From Candidatus Proteinoplasmatales archaeon SG8-5 (lineage in GTDB: Archaea; Thermoplasmatota; Thermoplasmata; SG8-5): a stretch of 41,329 bases of DNA. Under the pieces are notes generated by a model. The model searched no databases. It worked only from the letters and a program-made list of their open reading frames with translations, and was not told the origin of the DNA. The stretch lies in NCBI GenBank assembly GCA_001595885.1, contig LSSH01000084.1:1-41329 (forward strand), given 5' to 3'. The translations under genes and the position numbers were made by a program. This document shows positions 29,328 to 38,298 of this stretch, in pieces (the first letter of the stretch is position 1; each line of letters begins with the position of its first letter).

Positions 29328-30401
29328 CTAATCCTTTACAACCACTGGCTTGTGGTCCTCGTAGCCTTTGGCCGTTATCTCTTTTGTGTATTTGCCCTTG
29401 TTCATAATCATGATGCCGTCGACAACGACGCTGCACTTCCTCATCAGCAGGTCTATGTGATGGTTGCACGACCAGTTCGCGCCGGTCTTCGCGTGATACG
29501 GGTCCCCGAAGGCCACGTGCACCGTTGGGAACTTCTCGTCCTGGAGAATGTTGCCGATTATCTCCTTAAGGAAAATGTTCGTCCCAAGGCCGAGCTCGCC
29601 GACCCTGGAGGCGTTGGGATCGCCGTTGACGTAGTTCGTGAAGTCCTCGAGCAGGTCAGAGTTCTGGCAGTAAACGTTCTTGAGGAAGGACCCACCGTTC
29701 CTTTGGGTGATCTCGATCTCAAGCGGCGTTTCCATGAAATTTACAGTGTCCTTGTATTTCACCCCGATCCATTCGCCCAACGAGCCGTCCACTACCAATT
29801 TTCCGGTAAGGGTCTTGGGAGCGGTGAATACCTCTCCGGAGGGGAGATTCTGCCACTCTCCCACCTTTTCCACTATCCCGGAGTCCTCCACCCACCGTAT
29901 ACCCGGGTCAAGCGTGGCAACGAAATCCGTTCCGGCCGGCGACGTCACGTGCATCTCGCTGGCCATGGTCAAGAGCTCCTGGAGCTTCTTCGTTATCCTG
30001 AACACTTCGTCGTAATCCACGCACATTCCGGTGGTCATGATCTTGTTGGTTATACCAACCATGTGGGCGTGCCTTGCCCGTTGCGAGACGAGCTTTATCA
30101 GCGGCTCCCTCAAAGTCTGGAGCTCGCCCTCTCTGGCACCTGCGACAAAGAATGTCACGGACGATTTCTGGATCGCGTCCACGAGGGATTCGGGCATCCC
30201 CGGGATAGGGCGGCCCCCGTATGCCGGTAGGTCCAGGTTGAAGAAGCGGACCCTGTCCGTGATCTCCAGTGATGCCTTACGGATGGCCATCCCAATATCC
30301 TTGGAGTCGTCATCGGAAATTATCAAAACACTGTCCTTTGGGCCAACCTTCATACATTTGTTGACGGCTATGTCCGCTCCCTCCTTTAGCTTGCCCTTCA
30401 T
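29328..30401 (-). CDS. M29-family (thermophilic metalloprotease) aminopeptidase
   Basis: NLPSGEVFTAP, GELGLGTN, DEK..TVHVAFG, HID motifs. Start uncertain. Confidence 0.85.
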   Translation of the reverse strand: MKGKLKEGADIAVNKCMKVGPKDSVLIISDDDSKDIGMAIRKASLEITDRVRFFNLDLPAYGGRPIPGMPESLVDAIQKSSVTFFVAGAREGELQTLREPLIKLVSQRARHAHMVGITNKIMTTGMCVDYDEVFRITKKLQELLTMASEMHVTSPAGTDFVATLDPGIRWVEDSGIVEKVGEWQNLPSGEVFTAPKTLTGKLVVDGSLGEWIGVKYKDTVNFMETPLEIEITQRNGGSFLKNVYCQNSDLLEDFTNYVNGDPNASRVGELGLGTNIFLKEIIGNILQDEKFPTVHVAFGDPYHAKTGANWSCNHHIDLLMRKCSVVVDGIMIMNKGKYTKEITAKGYEDHKPVVVKD

Positions 30402-30487
30402 CTGGTCGTGAATAATACGCCGATTATTAAATTGTTTTGCCCTCATTAGCACAAACTTTATTTTATCAATTAGCTAATCTCACAGCG

Positions 30488-31216
30488 ATGAAGGTTCCCG
30501 AGTCACACCCTAGATACAATTCCCTCAAGCTGAGGGAGAAGCTCATCGAAGGTTACAAGGCCGGCATCGTTGCTGAGGCAGGTCTCATCGCCCACGGCAG
30601 GGGCGAGGCGTTCGATTATCTCCTCGGTGAGGTCACGGTTCCAGAGGCGGAACTGGCGGCGAAGGCTGCGGCCAAACTGCTCCTGGGAGCCGAGAACCCA
30701 GTGATCTCTGTCAACGGTAATGTTGCAGCCTTATGTCCCGCGGAGGTCGTCACCCTGGCGAAGGAGGCCTCTGCAAAGCTGGAGGTCAACCTCTTCCACC
30801 GCACCGATGAGAGGGTGGAGACCATCATCGGGCACTTGATGAATCACGGTGCTCAAGAGGTCCTCGGAGCCAATCCTGACGCCAGAATACCGGGGCTCGA
30901 CCACGCCCGGGCCCTCTGCAGCGGGGGGGGGATCCATTCGGCCGATGTCGTTCTGGTCCCGCTGGAGGACGGCGACAGGGCCCATGCCCTCCGTAACATG
31001 GGGAAGACCACGATAGTAATTGACCTCAATCCGTTGTCCAGAAGTGCGCAATCCGCAACCGTAACCATAGTGGACGAGGTCACCAGGGCCATTCCGAAAA
31101 TTACAGGATACGTAGGGAGAATGAAGGAAGGCGCACCTGCCCACGAGTTCAATAATGCAAAAAATCTGGAAACGATTATCGACAATATCAGAACGGGCGC
31201 TTATTCAAGCGTGTAG
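30488..31216 (+). CDS. 4-phosphopantoate--beta-alanine ligase (phosphopantothenate synthetase)
   Basis: VPESHPRY, GLIAHGRGEAFDYLLGE, VISVNGN, VPLEDGDR, IDLNPLSR. Confidence 0.93.
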   Translation: MKVPESHPRYNSLKLREKLIEGYKAGIVAEAGLIAHGRGEAFDYLLGEVTVPEAELAAKAAAKLLLGAENPVISVNGNVAALCPAEVVTLAKEASAKLEVNLFHRTDERVETIIGHLMNHGAQEVLGANPDARIPGLDHARALCSGGGIHSADVVLVPLEDGDRAHALRNMGKTTIVIDLNPLSRSAQSATVTIVDEVTRAIPKITGYVGRMKEGAPAHEFNNAKNLETIIDNIRTGAYSSV

Positions 31217-31908
31217 ATTATCCTCTCCCTGTCCTTACCCTTGTTCTCCTTCTTCAGTATGCTGACCTTTCCCAGCTCGCCCGTGTTCTTCACGTGCGTG
31301 CCTGCGCAGGGGCACTGGTCGAAGCCCGTCACCTCTACAACTCTGAGGTTGCTGACCGATTTGGGTATCAGGTCCAGGTTGCAGCGCTCGGGGTTCACGC
31401 GCTGCTCCAGATCGGCGCGCTCGACCTCGATGATGCGGACATCCACGTTCCCGGCAATGACGTCGTTGGCCTTCTGCTCGATGGTCCTTAGGTCATCCTC
31501 CGAGAGAGATATCGGATGCAGGTCCACCCTTGCCCTGTCTGCGTACAGCTGGTTGCCCACGGTTCTGGCCCCGTACTCGTCGTATACTATACCGGAGACT
31601 ATGTGCTGGGCCGTGTGCATCCTCATGTGACCGTACCTGCGGTCCCAGTCGAGGCTCGCCTTGACCATACCGGAGGGCAGCTGACCGTCAATGTGGTGCT
31701 TGATTATGCCCTTCTTCGTCACCTCGCGGACGCGTGCTTTTCCGCCGCTCCATTCGAGGAAACCCGTGTCAGATGGCTGGCCGCCGCCGAGTGGGTAGAA
31801 CGCGCTCTTGTCCAGGACCACGTAGTCGTCCTTTGCCTTTGTCACCTCGGCGTCCCACTCCCTGATGTAGTTGGATTCTATGTCCGGCATGTAGAGGACT
31901 TCCGTCAT
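31201..31908 (-). CDS. alaX: Alanyl-tRNA editing protein AlaX (AlaX-M type)
   Basis: FYPLGGGQPSDTG, HTAQH, CAGTH zinc motifs. Confidence 0.92.
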   Translation of the reverse strand: MTEVLYMPDIESNYIREWDAEVTKAKDDYVVLDKSAFYPLGGGQPSDTGFLEWSGGKARVREVTKKGIIKHHIDGQLPSGMVKASLDWDRRYGHMRMHTAQHIVSGIVYDEYGARTVGNQLYADRARVDLHPISLSEDDLRTIEQKANDVIAGNVDVRIIEVERADLEQRVNPERCNLDLIPKSVSNLRVVEVTGFDQCPCAGTHVKNTGELGKVSILKKENKGKDRERIIYTLE

Positions 31909-32008
31909 GCTCTCACCAATGCCCGATTACGATGAACATTAAAATATGTTGACCTTTTAGGCAATAGGCTTAAATCTGGAGTCTATCTTCCTTTGTCAAG
32001 GAGGAAAT

Positions 32009-33190
32009 ATGTCTGTAAAGAAGGTTTACGTTGACCATTCCGCCACATCACCGGTCGACCCCTTGGTCTTGGAAGCAATGTTGCCCTACTTCTCGGACAG
32101 GTTCGGCAACCCATCTGCATTGTATTCACAGGGAAGGGATGCTCATGAGGGGGTCGAGGTCGCCCGGGCAAAGGTTGCCGATGCCCTGGGTGCCGAGGCC
32201 GACGAGATAATATTCACCTCGGGCGGAACCGAATCGGACAATCTGGGAATCATAGGCACGGCGTTGGCTAGGGAACAAATGAAAGGGCACGTGATTACCT
32301 CCAGCATAGAACATCTGGCCGTACTGAATTCATGCAAGCACCTGGAGGAATGCGGTATAGATGTAACCTATCTTCCGGTGAACGAATACGGAGAGGTCGG
32401 GCTTGATGTGCTTCAGGACGCGATGCGGGACGATACATTTCTCGTTTCGATAGGTTATGCAAATCAGGAAATCGGTACTATACAAAAAATCGGGGAAATG
32501 GCTGAAATCGCGCATGACAACGGTGCCCTTCTTCACACGGACGCGGTCCAGGCCGTCGGTAAGGTCCCGATAAATGTTAAGGACCTGGATGTCGATCTCC
32601 TGACCCTGTCCGGTCACAAGATATACGGACCAAAGGGCATTGGTGCGCTTTACGTCAAAAAAGGCGTTTCAATAGAACCCATGCAGCACGGCGGAGGCCA
32701 TGAGAGGAGATTAAGGGCAGGAACCGAGAATGTCCCCGGTATTGTAGGATTGGGCAGGGCGATGGAGCTGGGCCAGGAATGGTTGGAGACTGATATCCCC
32801 CGAATCAAAGGTTTGAGGGACCGCCTGATATCCGGAATATTGGGCTCCATCGAGAACTCGTACCTCAACGGTCACCCTGATAGGCGATTGCCTCATAATG
32901 CACACTTCCGTTTCTCGTTCATCGAGGGCGAGGCCATTCTCCTGAATCTGGATTATTACGGTATTTCCGCCTCGACCGGATCGGCTTGCTCGTCCAGGTC
33001 CCTGAAGGCTTCGCATGTTCTCCTGGCCATCGGCCTGAAACATGAGGACGCTCACGGTTCCCTCAGGTTCACGCTTGGCAGGAGTAATACGGAAGAGGAT
33101 ATCGACTGGTTATTGGTAAAAGTGCCTGAGATAGTTGCGAAATTGAGAGAGATATCCCCGCTCGGGCGGGGTGCAGACAAGGAGCGATAA
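32009..33190 (+). CDS. iscS: Cysteine desulfurase (IscS/NifS)
   Basis: DHSATS, FTSGGTESDN, HTDAVQ, SGHKIYGPKG, STGSACSS. Confidence 0.95.
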   Translation: MSVKKVYVDHSATSPVDPLVLEAMLPYFSDRFGNPSALYSQGRDAHEGVEVARAKVADALGAEADEIIFTSGGTESDNLGIIGTALAREQMKGHVITSSIEHLAVLNSCKHLEECGIDVTYLPVNEYGEVGLDVLQDAMRDDTFLVSIGYANQEIGTIQKIGEMAEIAHDNGALLHTDAVQAVGKVPINVKDLDVDLLTLSGHKIYGPKGIGALYVKKGVSIEPMQHGGGHERRLRAGTENVPGIVGLGRAMELGQEWLETDIPRIKGLRDRLISGILGSIENSYLNGHPDRRLPHNAHFRFSFIEGEAILLNLDYYGISASTGSACSSRSLKASHVLLAIGLKHEDAHGSLRFTLGRSNTEEDIDWLLVKVPEIVAKLREISPLGRGADKER

Positions 33191-33191
33191 G

Positions 33192-33557
33192 ATGTACAGC
33201 GAGAAGGTTATGGACCATTTCATGAATCCCAGGAACCTGGGGGAGTTGGAAAATGCTGACGGAGTGGGAGAGGTAGGAAATCCCACATGTGGCGACCTTA
33301 TGAAAATATTCATTAAGGTTGAGAACGACAAAATAATCGACATTAAGTTCCAGACTTTCGGCTGCGGTGCTGCGATTGCCACGAGCAGCATGGTCACGGA
33401 ACTGGCAAAAGGGAAATCACTGGATGAGGCCCTTGAGATCACAAGGGACGACGTGGCCACGAACCTTGAGGGTCTACCACCTTTAAAGATGCACTGCTCG
33501 AACTTGGCCAGTGATGCGCTGAGGGCGGCCATCGAGGATTATCGGAAGAGGCACTAA
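33192..33557 (+). CDS. iscU: Fe-S cluster scaffold IscU/NifU
   Basis: YSEKVMDHFMNPRN, CGD, FGCGAAIA, LPPLKMHCS. Confidence 0.95.
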   Translation: MYSEKVMDHFMNPRNLGELENADGVGEVGNPTCGDLMKIFIKVENDKIIDIKFQTFGCGAAIATSSMVTELAKGKSLDEALEITRDDVATNLEGLPPLKMHCSNLASDALRAAIEDYRKRH

Positions 33558-35071
33558 TCATCCTTTGTAAGTTCTTTGAAGGACCTATAATCCCGTTGCA
33601 GGAACTCGCCTGCCAGGTAAAGGCATACACCGTAAATGATGACCCCAAGGCCAGCGAAGACGAGGACCCTGTGGACCTCAGTCGTTATTTCAAAATACCA
33701 GGCGGTGAAGGTGAGGGTGACGACGGTTATGCCGGTGCACAGAATGTGAGCCAGTATCCGCGGGTGCGGCCGGCATTCCAATCTTATCGCTGTGAAGAGC
33801 CTGACAGTTATGAAGCCTACGAAGCTTGATGCCAGCACCGCTGACGCGGTTATGTCCATCTTGCTCAGGTTTGCCGTCGAGAGCAACAGGTTCTCAGGCA
33901 GGAACAGCACAAGGATGATGACTAGGGTGAGGAAGGATAGGCCTACGGAAGCGCTCAATGGCCCGAATTTGGAATCCCTGATCATGTAGGCTATATGAGG
34001 GGATGCCAGGGCCGTGAAGAGACCGGCAGCGGCAAGCAGGCTGACCGCGAAACCGCCGCCGACAAAATCGTTGCCCAGGAAGGCTCCGAGGACATCGTCG
34101 GGGAAGTAAATGTAGAAGGCCGCAATGGGCAGGCCAACCAATGTGACGTAGCGTTCTGTCATCCTCAGTGTATCCCTCACAGCATCCTTGTCTTCCCGTT
34201 TCAGATGAAGGTCGATAGCCCCGCCGATGATGCCCTGGATGACCACGGACGATGCGGCTATGAAAACGGTGATTAGCTGGGCCCCGAAGTAAAGGCCAAG
34301 GGTGCGGAAGTCTGTGAAATACCACAACAGGACCTTGTCCAGGTTGATGAGGATTGCCCCGAGGGCGAAGAAGGGCAATATGGATTTGGAGATGTCGTGG
34401 AACTCCAGCTGAACCTCGTCGTCAACAGGGAACCTCCTGAACCGTCTTGCGTTGTTCCTGATGACCATCAGGCCGAGTACGGCGGCGACCATGTAGATCG
34501 CCGAGACCTGGAGAACCGCTGCCTGGTCCCCGATGCCGGTCAGTGCCAACGAAATGGCTCCTAAGAGCAATCCGAACTTGCCCAGCGCCTCGAGGAGGTC
34601 GTATGATTTCGCGGTCGTCTCCCTGCCCTTGGCCCTGAACGACACCACCCATATTTGCGCCATATTGACGACCAGGAAATAACCCAGGATGGCGAACATG
34701 GACATCGGATGGATCGGGGTGTGCGTCTCCGGGGCAAGCAGGAGGACGTAGACACCTATCATGATTCCCGAGACCACCCCCAGCGCGACCGTGAACTTGA
34801 TCTTGCTCATCAGGTACGCTGAATAACAATCCTTGAAGGGGTGCCCCTTGTCCAGCACCTTGACGAAGGCGAGTCCGTAGGCCAGGTCCCCCAGGAAGAA
34901 GAACAGCCCGACATAGGCCAGCATGAAGCCGAGGGCTCCGAGTATCTCCACCCCCATATTGCGGGCGATCAACAAAAGCGCGCCCGTATTGCCGACTGCC
35001 GTCAGGATGGTGCTGGCCACCAATATAATCCGCTTCTTCCCTGCCGGCGACCTGTCCGCCAAAAACCCCAT
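33554..35071 (-). CDS. MOP-superfamily (Wzx-like) flippase/exporter
   Basis: 505 aa, hydrophobic, DKVLL..LGLY motif, DLxxG in an early TM helix. Confidence 0.75.
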   Translation of the reverse strand: MGFLADRSPAGKKRIILVASTILTAVGNTGALLLIARNMGVEILGALGFMLAYVGLFFFLGDLAYGLAFVKVLDKGHPFKDCYSAYLMSKIKFTVALGVVSGIMIGVYVLLLAPETHTPIHPMSMFAILGYFLVVNMAQIWVVSFRAKGRETTAKSYDLLEALGKFGLLLGAISLALTGIGDQAAVLQVSAIYMVAAVLGLMVIRNNARRFRRFPVDDEVQLEFHDISKSILPFFALGAILINLDKVLLWYFTDFRTLGLYFGAQLITVFIAASSVVIQGIIGGAIDLHLKREDKDAVRDTLRMTERYVTLVGLPIAAFYIYFPDDVLGAFLGNDFVGGGFAVSLLAAAGLFTALASPHIAYMIRDSKFGPLSASVGLSFLTLVIILVLFLPENLLLSTANLSKMDITASAVLASSFVGFITVRLFTAIRLECRPHPRILAHILCTGITVVTLTFTAWYFEITTEVHRVLVFAGLGVIIYGVCLYLAGEFLQRDYRSFKELTKDD

Positions 35072-35164
35072 GACCCGAGATGGCGTTTCCCCATTATAAA
35101 ATTTTGATGACCTCCCTCGAATTATTAATCGTCTAGGACCAAACGGAGTATTTGATGCTAGAGA

Positions 35165-35519
35165 GCGCCCCGAGCAGGTGGGGGATGGTCGAAGAAGCTT
35201 GCTTCGAGAAAAAGACCAACCTCTGGTTGGTTAATGCCAGCAGAGGGGCGCAACGGTTAGGGGACGGGTATGGGGCCACATCGGCAAAGCAAAGCATTAT
35301 TTCACCGTCCAAGGCAATCATGCCCCAGCTGTAAGGCCGGGATCAGAACGCCAGATTCTTCAAATCTGGCGCAGGTGAAATCCAGATTGCATGGAGATTC
35401 CAAACCCCGCCTGTGCGAACATGATAAGGGCCCAACATATGTTGACATCCATGTGAGCGAGACCAATAGTCTGTAAACCTGTTCTATACAGATATTGGTT
35501 GCGAGGGCGGGGGTGTCAA
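35165..35519 (+). ncRNA. Candidate large structured RNA or decayed mobile-element RNA (class unknown)
   Basis: Dense run of stems, several with G-U pairs that work on the + strand; no credible ORF. Confidence 0.35.
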
Positions 35520-35563
35520 AATTGTAATATAGGCATAATCCTTTATCCATCAAGGTTGATATC

Positions 35564-36358
35564 ATGGACTGGGGTATGAAGAACCGCTTGTCGAAGATAA
35601 TCAAGGCGAAGGACAACAGGACGCTGATGCTGGCCGTTGACCACGGATATTTCATGGGCCCGACGACCGGCTTGGAGCAAATGGACAAGAGCATCGTACC
35701 CCTGATGCCGTACGCGGACACGCTCATGCTGACGCGCGGAGCGCTGCGCAACTACATACCTCCGGAGTCGGAGACCCCCATCGTTCTAAGGGTCTCTGGC
35801 GGTACCAGCATACTCAACGAGAATCTGCTGCACGAGGGCATCATCGCGTCAATGGAGGAGGCGGTAAGGCTGAACGTGGCTGGGGTTGCTTTCTCGATAC
35901 TCGTCGGTGCGAGCTTCGAGCGCGACACATTGCTTGCTTTCACCGAGATAGTTGATGAGGCCGAATCCTTGGGCATCCCGGTGGTGGCCGTGACCGCGGT
36001 GGGGAAGGACATGGTCCGCGACGCAAGGTACATGAGCCTCGCCTCGAGGATGGCCGCCGAGCTGGGCGCGCACATCGTGAAGACCTATTACGTCGAGGGA
36101 TTCGAGAATGTGGTTGATACCTGTCCCGTTCCCGTCGTGATTGCCGGGGGCAAGAAAATCGAGGAGCTCGAGTGCCTGAAGATGGCCTACAACGCCCTGG
36201 AGGCCGGGGCAGTCGGGGTGGACATGGGCCGCAACATCTTCCAGGCGGAAAATCCCATCGCAATGATTCAGGCCGTGCGGTCGATAGTGCACGAGAAAGC
36301 AACTCCGGAGGAGGCCTACCAGCTGCTCAGCAAGAAGCGGGGCAAGTGGTCGAGGTAG
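35564..36358 (+). CDS. lsrF: LsrF-like class I aldolase-fold thiolase
   Basis: MDWGMKNRL, AVDHGYFMGPTTGLE, AAELGAHIVKTYY, VIAGGKK, GVDMGRNIFQ. Confidence 0.88.
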   Translation: MDWGMKNRLSKIIKAKDNRTLMLAVDHGYFMGPTTGLEQMDKSIVPLMPYADTLMLTRGALRNYIPPESETPIVLRVSGGTSILNENLLHEGIIASMEEAVRLNVAGVAFSILVGASFERDTLLAFTEIVDEAESLGIPVVAVTAVGKDMVRDARYMSLASRMAAELGAHIVKTYYVEGFENVVDTCPVPVVIAGGKKIEELECLKMAYNALEAGAVGVDMGRNIFQAENPIAMIQAVRSIVHEKATPEEAYQLLSKKRGKWSR

Positions 36359-36408
36359 TCCGTAACAAAGATTTTATAATATCGCTGGCTTATTGGGACT
36401 CGATAGTC

Positions 36409-36747
36409 TTGGCCAGAAAGTTCAAGGAGGAGAAACGGAAGGGCGACACCGAGGAGATGGTGCGCGCGCCCCTTCCGAAGGAGAACAAGCGCGAGATGTT
36501 CGGAGTAGCTGACCAGCTGCTCGGAGCGTCGAAGATCAAGATCATGTGCGCGGACGGCAAGTCCAGGATGGGGAGGATCCCGGGGAAGCTGAAGAAGAGG
36601 ATGTGGATGCGCGAGGGCGACCTGTTGATAATCAGGCCCTGGGAGTTCCAGGACGACAAGGCGGATATCATTTATCGGTACACGAGGACGCAATCGTCAT
36701 ACCTGGCGAGGAAGAAGGCCATCCCGGAGACCATCAATATTTTCTAG
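36409..36747 (+). CDS. eif1a: Translation initiation factor aIF-1A
   Basis: LGA...C.DG..R.GRIPGK.KKRMW.REGD...PWEFQD.KADI.YRYT. Start probably TTG 36409, ~30 nt after TTTTATAA. Confidence 0.93.
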   Translation: MARKFKEEKRKGDTEEMVRAPLPKENKREMFGVADQLLGASKIKIMCADGKSRMGRIPGKLKKRMWMREGDLLIIRPWEFQDDKADIIYRYTRTQSSYLARKKAIPETINIF

Positions 36748-36759
36748 CGAGCGAATAGA

Positions 36760-37536
36760 ATGGACATCGATGACAAGCAACTGAGAGAACTTGAAAAGAA
36801 GGTTCTGGCCTATCGTTTTCGTATCAAGGACGCTGACGAGCGAAAGACCTACGACGAGGTCTTCGACCACTCCACCCTCATGATAATCTACGACATGATG
36901 TCGTCCGGCATCTTCGACACCCTTGATTTTCCAATTGCCACTGGCAAGGAGGGGATCGTCTTCAGGGCCACCACGCCCGACGGAGGATTCGTCGCCGTGA
37001 AGATCTATCGGATATCCAACGCCACGTTCAACAACATGCAGAAGTACATAGCCGGCGACGAGCGCTTCAGGAACGTCGGAAAATCCAGGCGAAGGGCGAT
37101 ATTCCTCTGGGCGCAGAAGGAATACCGAAACCTGGAGAGGATGCATGCGAGCGGGATTCCCGTTCCAAAGCCCATCAAGTGCGTGAAGAACGTCATAGCC
37201 ATGGAATTCATCGGCATTGATGAAACCCCGGCGCTGCACCTCAAGGACACGGGCACGGAGGATGCCCAACCATTGTATGAGACCCTATACGACTGCATCA
37301 AACGTTTGTATCGGGAGGTGGGACTGGTGCACGCCGATTTTTCCGAATACAACATCCTCATGCGGGATGAGCAGCCCACAATCATCGATGTGGGTCAGGC
37401 CGTCCTGAAGAACCACCCGATGGCCCTGGAGTTCCTTGAAAGGGACATAAAAAATCTTGCCAGATACTTCCGGAAGTACGACATCAAGGCCGACGTACAA
37501 GCCCTGAAGGCCGATGTTCTGGGGGGTGATGGATGA
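36760..37536 (+). CDS. rio1: RIO1 family serine/threonine kinase
   Basis: ATGKEG, AVKIYR, WAQKEYRNL, LVHADFSEYNIL, IDVGQAV. Confidence 0.95.
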   Translation: MDIDDKQLRELEKKVLAYRFRIKDADERKTYDEVFDHSTLMIIYDMMSSGIFDTLDFPIATGKEGIVFRATTPDGGFVAVKIYRISNATFNNMQKYIAGDERFRNVGKSRRRAIFLWAQKEYRNLERMHASGIPVPKPIKCVKNVIAMEFIGIDETPALHLKDTGTEDAQPLYETLYDCIKRLYREVGLVHADFSEYNILMRDEQPTIIDVGQAVLKNHPMALEFLERDIKNLARYFRKYDIKADVQALKADVLGGDG

Positions 37537-38084
37537 TGCTCTTCGTGAAGGTACCGAGGGAGCGCATCGGTGTCCTCATAGGTCCCGAAGGAAAGACCAA
37601 GGAGTTGATCGAGCAGAGCACCGGCGTGACCCTCCAGATAGACTCAGGCGAGGGGGACGTCACAATCATCCCTAAGGAGGAGGCCATGGCGGAAGGCATG
37701 GTCGGACTTGCGGCAAGGGACATAGTCAAGGCCATTGCCAGGGGATTCTCCCCCGACCGCGCCCTCGTCCTGAGATCCGAGGACATCTACTTCACAGTCA
37801 TGGACATTCGCGATTACGTGGGCAAGAGCCAGAAGCACATCAAGCGTGTAAGGGCCAGACTCATAGGTACAAAGGGAAAGACCAGGCGCATCATCGAGGA
37901 GCTCAGCGGCGCCGAGATGTCCGTGTACGGCAACACCGTCGCCCTCATCGGAGACCTCGATTCCATGGACGTCTCAAAGCGCGCCGTGGAGATGATACTG
38001 GACGGCAGCGAGCACAGGGCGGTCTACAAGTACCTTGAAGGGCAACGGCGGGAGCTGAAGTTCAGGGAGATGTCGATGGAGTGA
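37533..38084 (+). CDS. KH-domain rRNA processing protein (Dim2/Pno1-like)
   Basis: RIGVLIG.EG.TK, AIARGFSP, RLIG.KGKTR, GSEH..VY. Conserved aIF-1A/RIO1/KH gene order. Confidence 0.92.
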   Translation: MMLFVKVPRERIGVLIGPEGKTKELIEQSTGVTLQIDSGEGDVTIIPKEEAMAEGMVGLAARDIVKAIARGFSPDRALVLRSEDIYFTVMDIRDYVGKSQKHIKRVRARLIGTKGKTRRIIEELSGAEMSVYGNTVALIGDLDSMDVSKRAVEMILDGSEHRAVYKYLEGQRRELKFREMSME

Positions 38085-38137
38085 GGTTCTCCCCCGGTTG
38101 CTTCATTCTAAAGGGCCCTGTGATATGGGCTCGGCCC

Positions 38138-38239
38138 CATACCCTGCCCTCACAGGCGAGGTTTGGATTGATTGAGAAGAATGTGTTGTCACTCTGTAAT
38201 AATCCGATTCAACCACCCCGCCCTCACAGGCGGGGCATG
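38138..38239 (+). repeat. ~100-bp double-hairpin element resembling IS200/IS605 ends, copy 2
   Basis: CATACCCTGCCCTCACAGGCGAGGTTT-N21-TTGTCAC-N21-CACCCCGCCCTCACAGGCGGGGCATG, between convergent genes. Confidence 0.65.
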
Positions 38240-38298
38240 CGGTAAATGCTCGTGGTTCAGCGTTAAAAAAATCTGTAGCCCCACTATGACTTCGTATT

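Noticed and set aside
29238..30230. 330-aa plus-strand ORF and other long overlapping ORFs (e.g. 24039-24911, 28236-28793, 39147-39734, 40065-40658, 40969-41295)
   Set aside because: Antisense shadows of well-supported genes in GC-rich DNA, with no recognisable motifs.
35165..35516. RNase P RNA (similar size; GAGAAAAAGACC and ACAGATATTGGTT loosely echo conserved regions I and V; P1/P2-like pairings possible)
   Set aside because: Near-universal residues (GAGGAA, bulged U of P4, ACAGAA..GCU) are missing and stronger local hairpins compete. Only a covariance search could rescue a very divergent form.
35255..35520. Cobalamin, FMN or SRP RNA motif fragments (GCCAC, CCCCAGCTGTAA, GGTGAAATCC, AGGGCGGGG)
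   Set aside because: Fragments are in the wrong order or lack partner elements; no SRP helix-8 motif found.
26595..38239. CRISPR mini-arrays from the paired hairpin repeats
   Set aside because: Only two degenerate units per locus, spacers share motifs between loci, and no cas genes are present.
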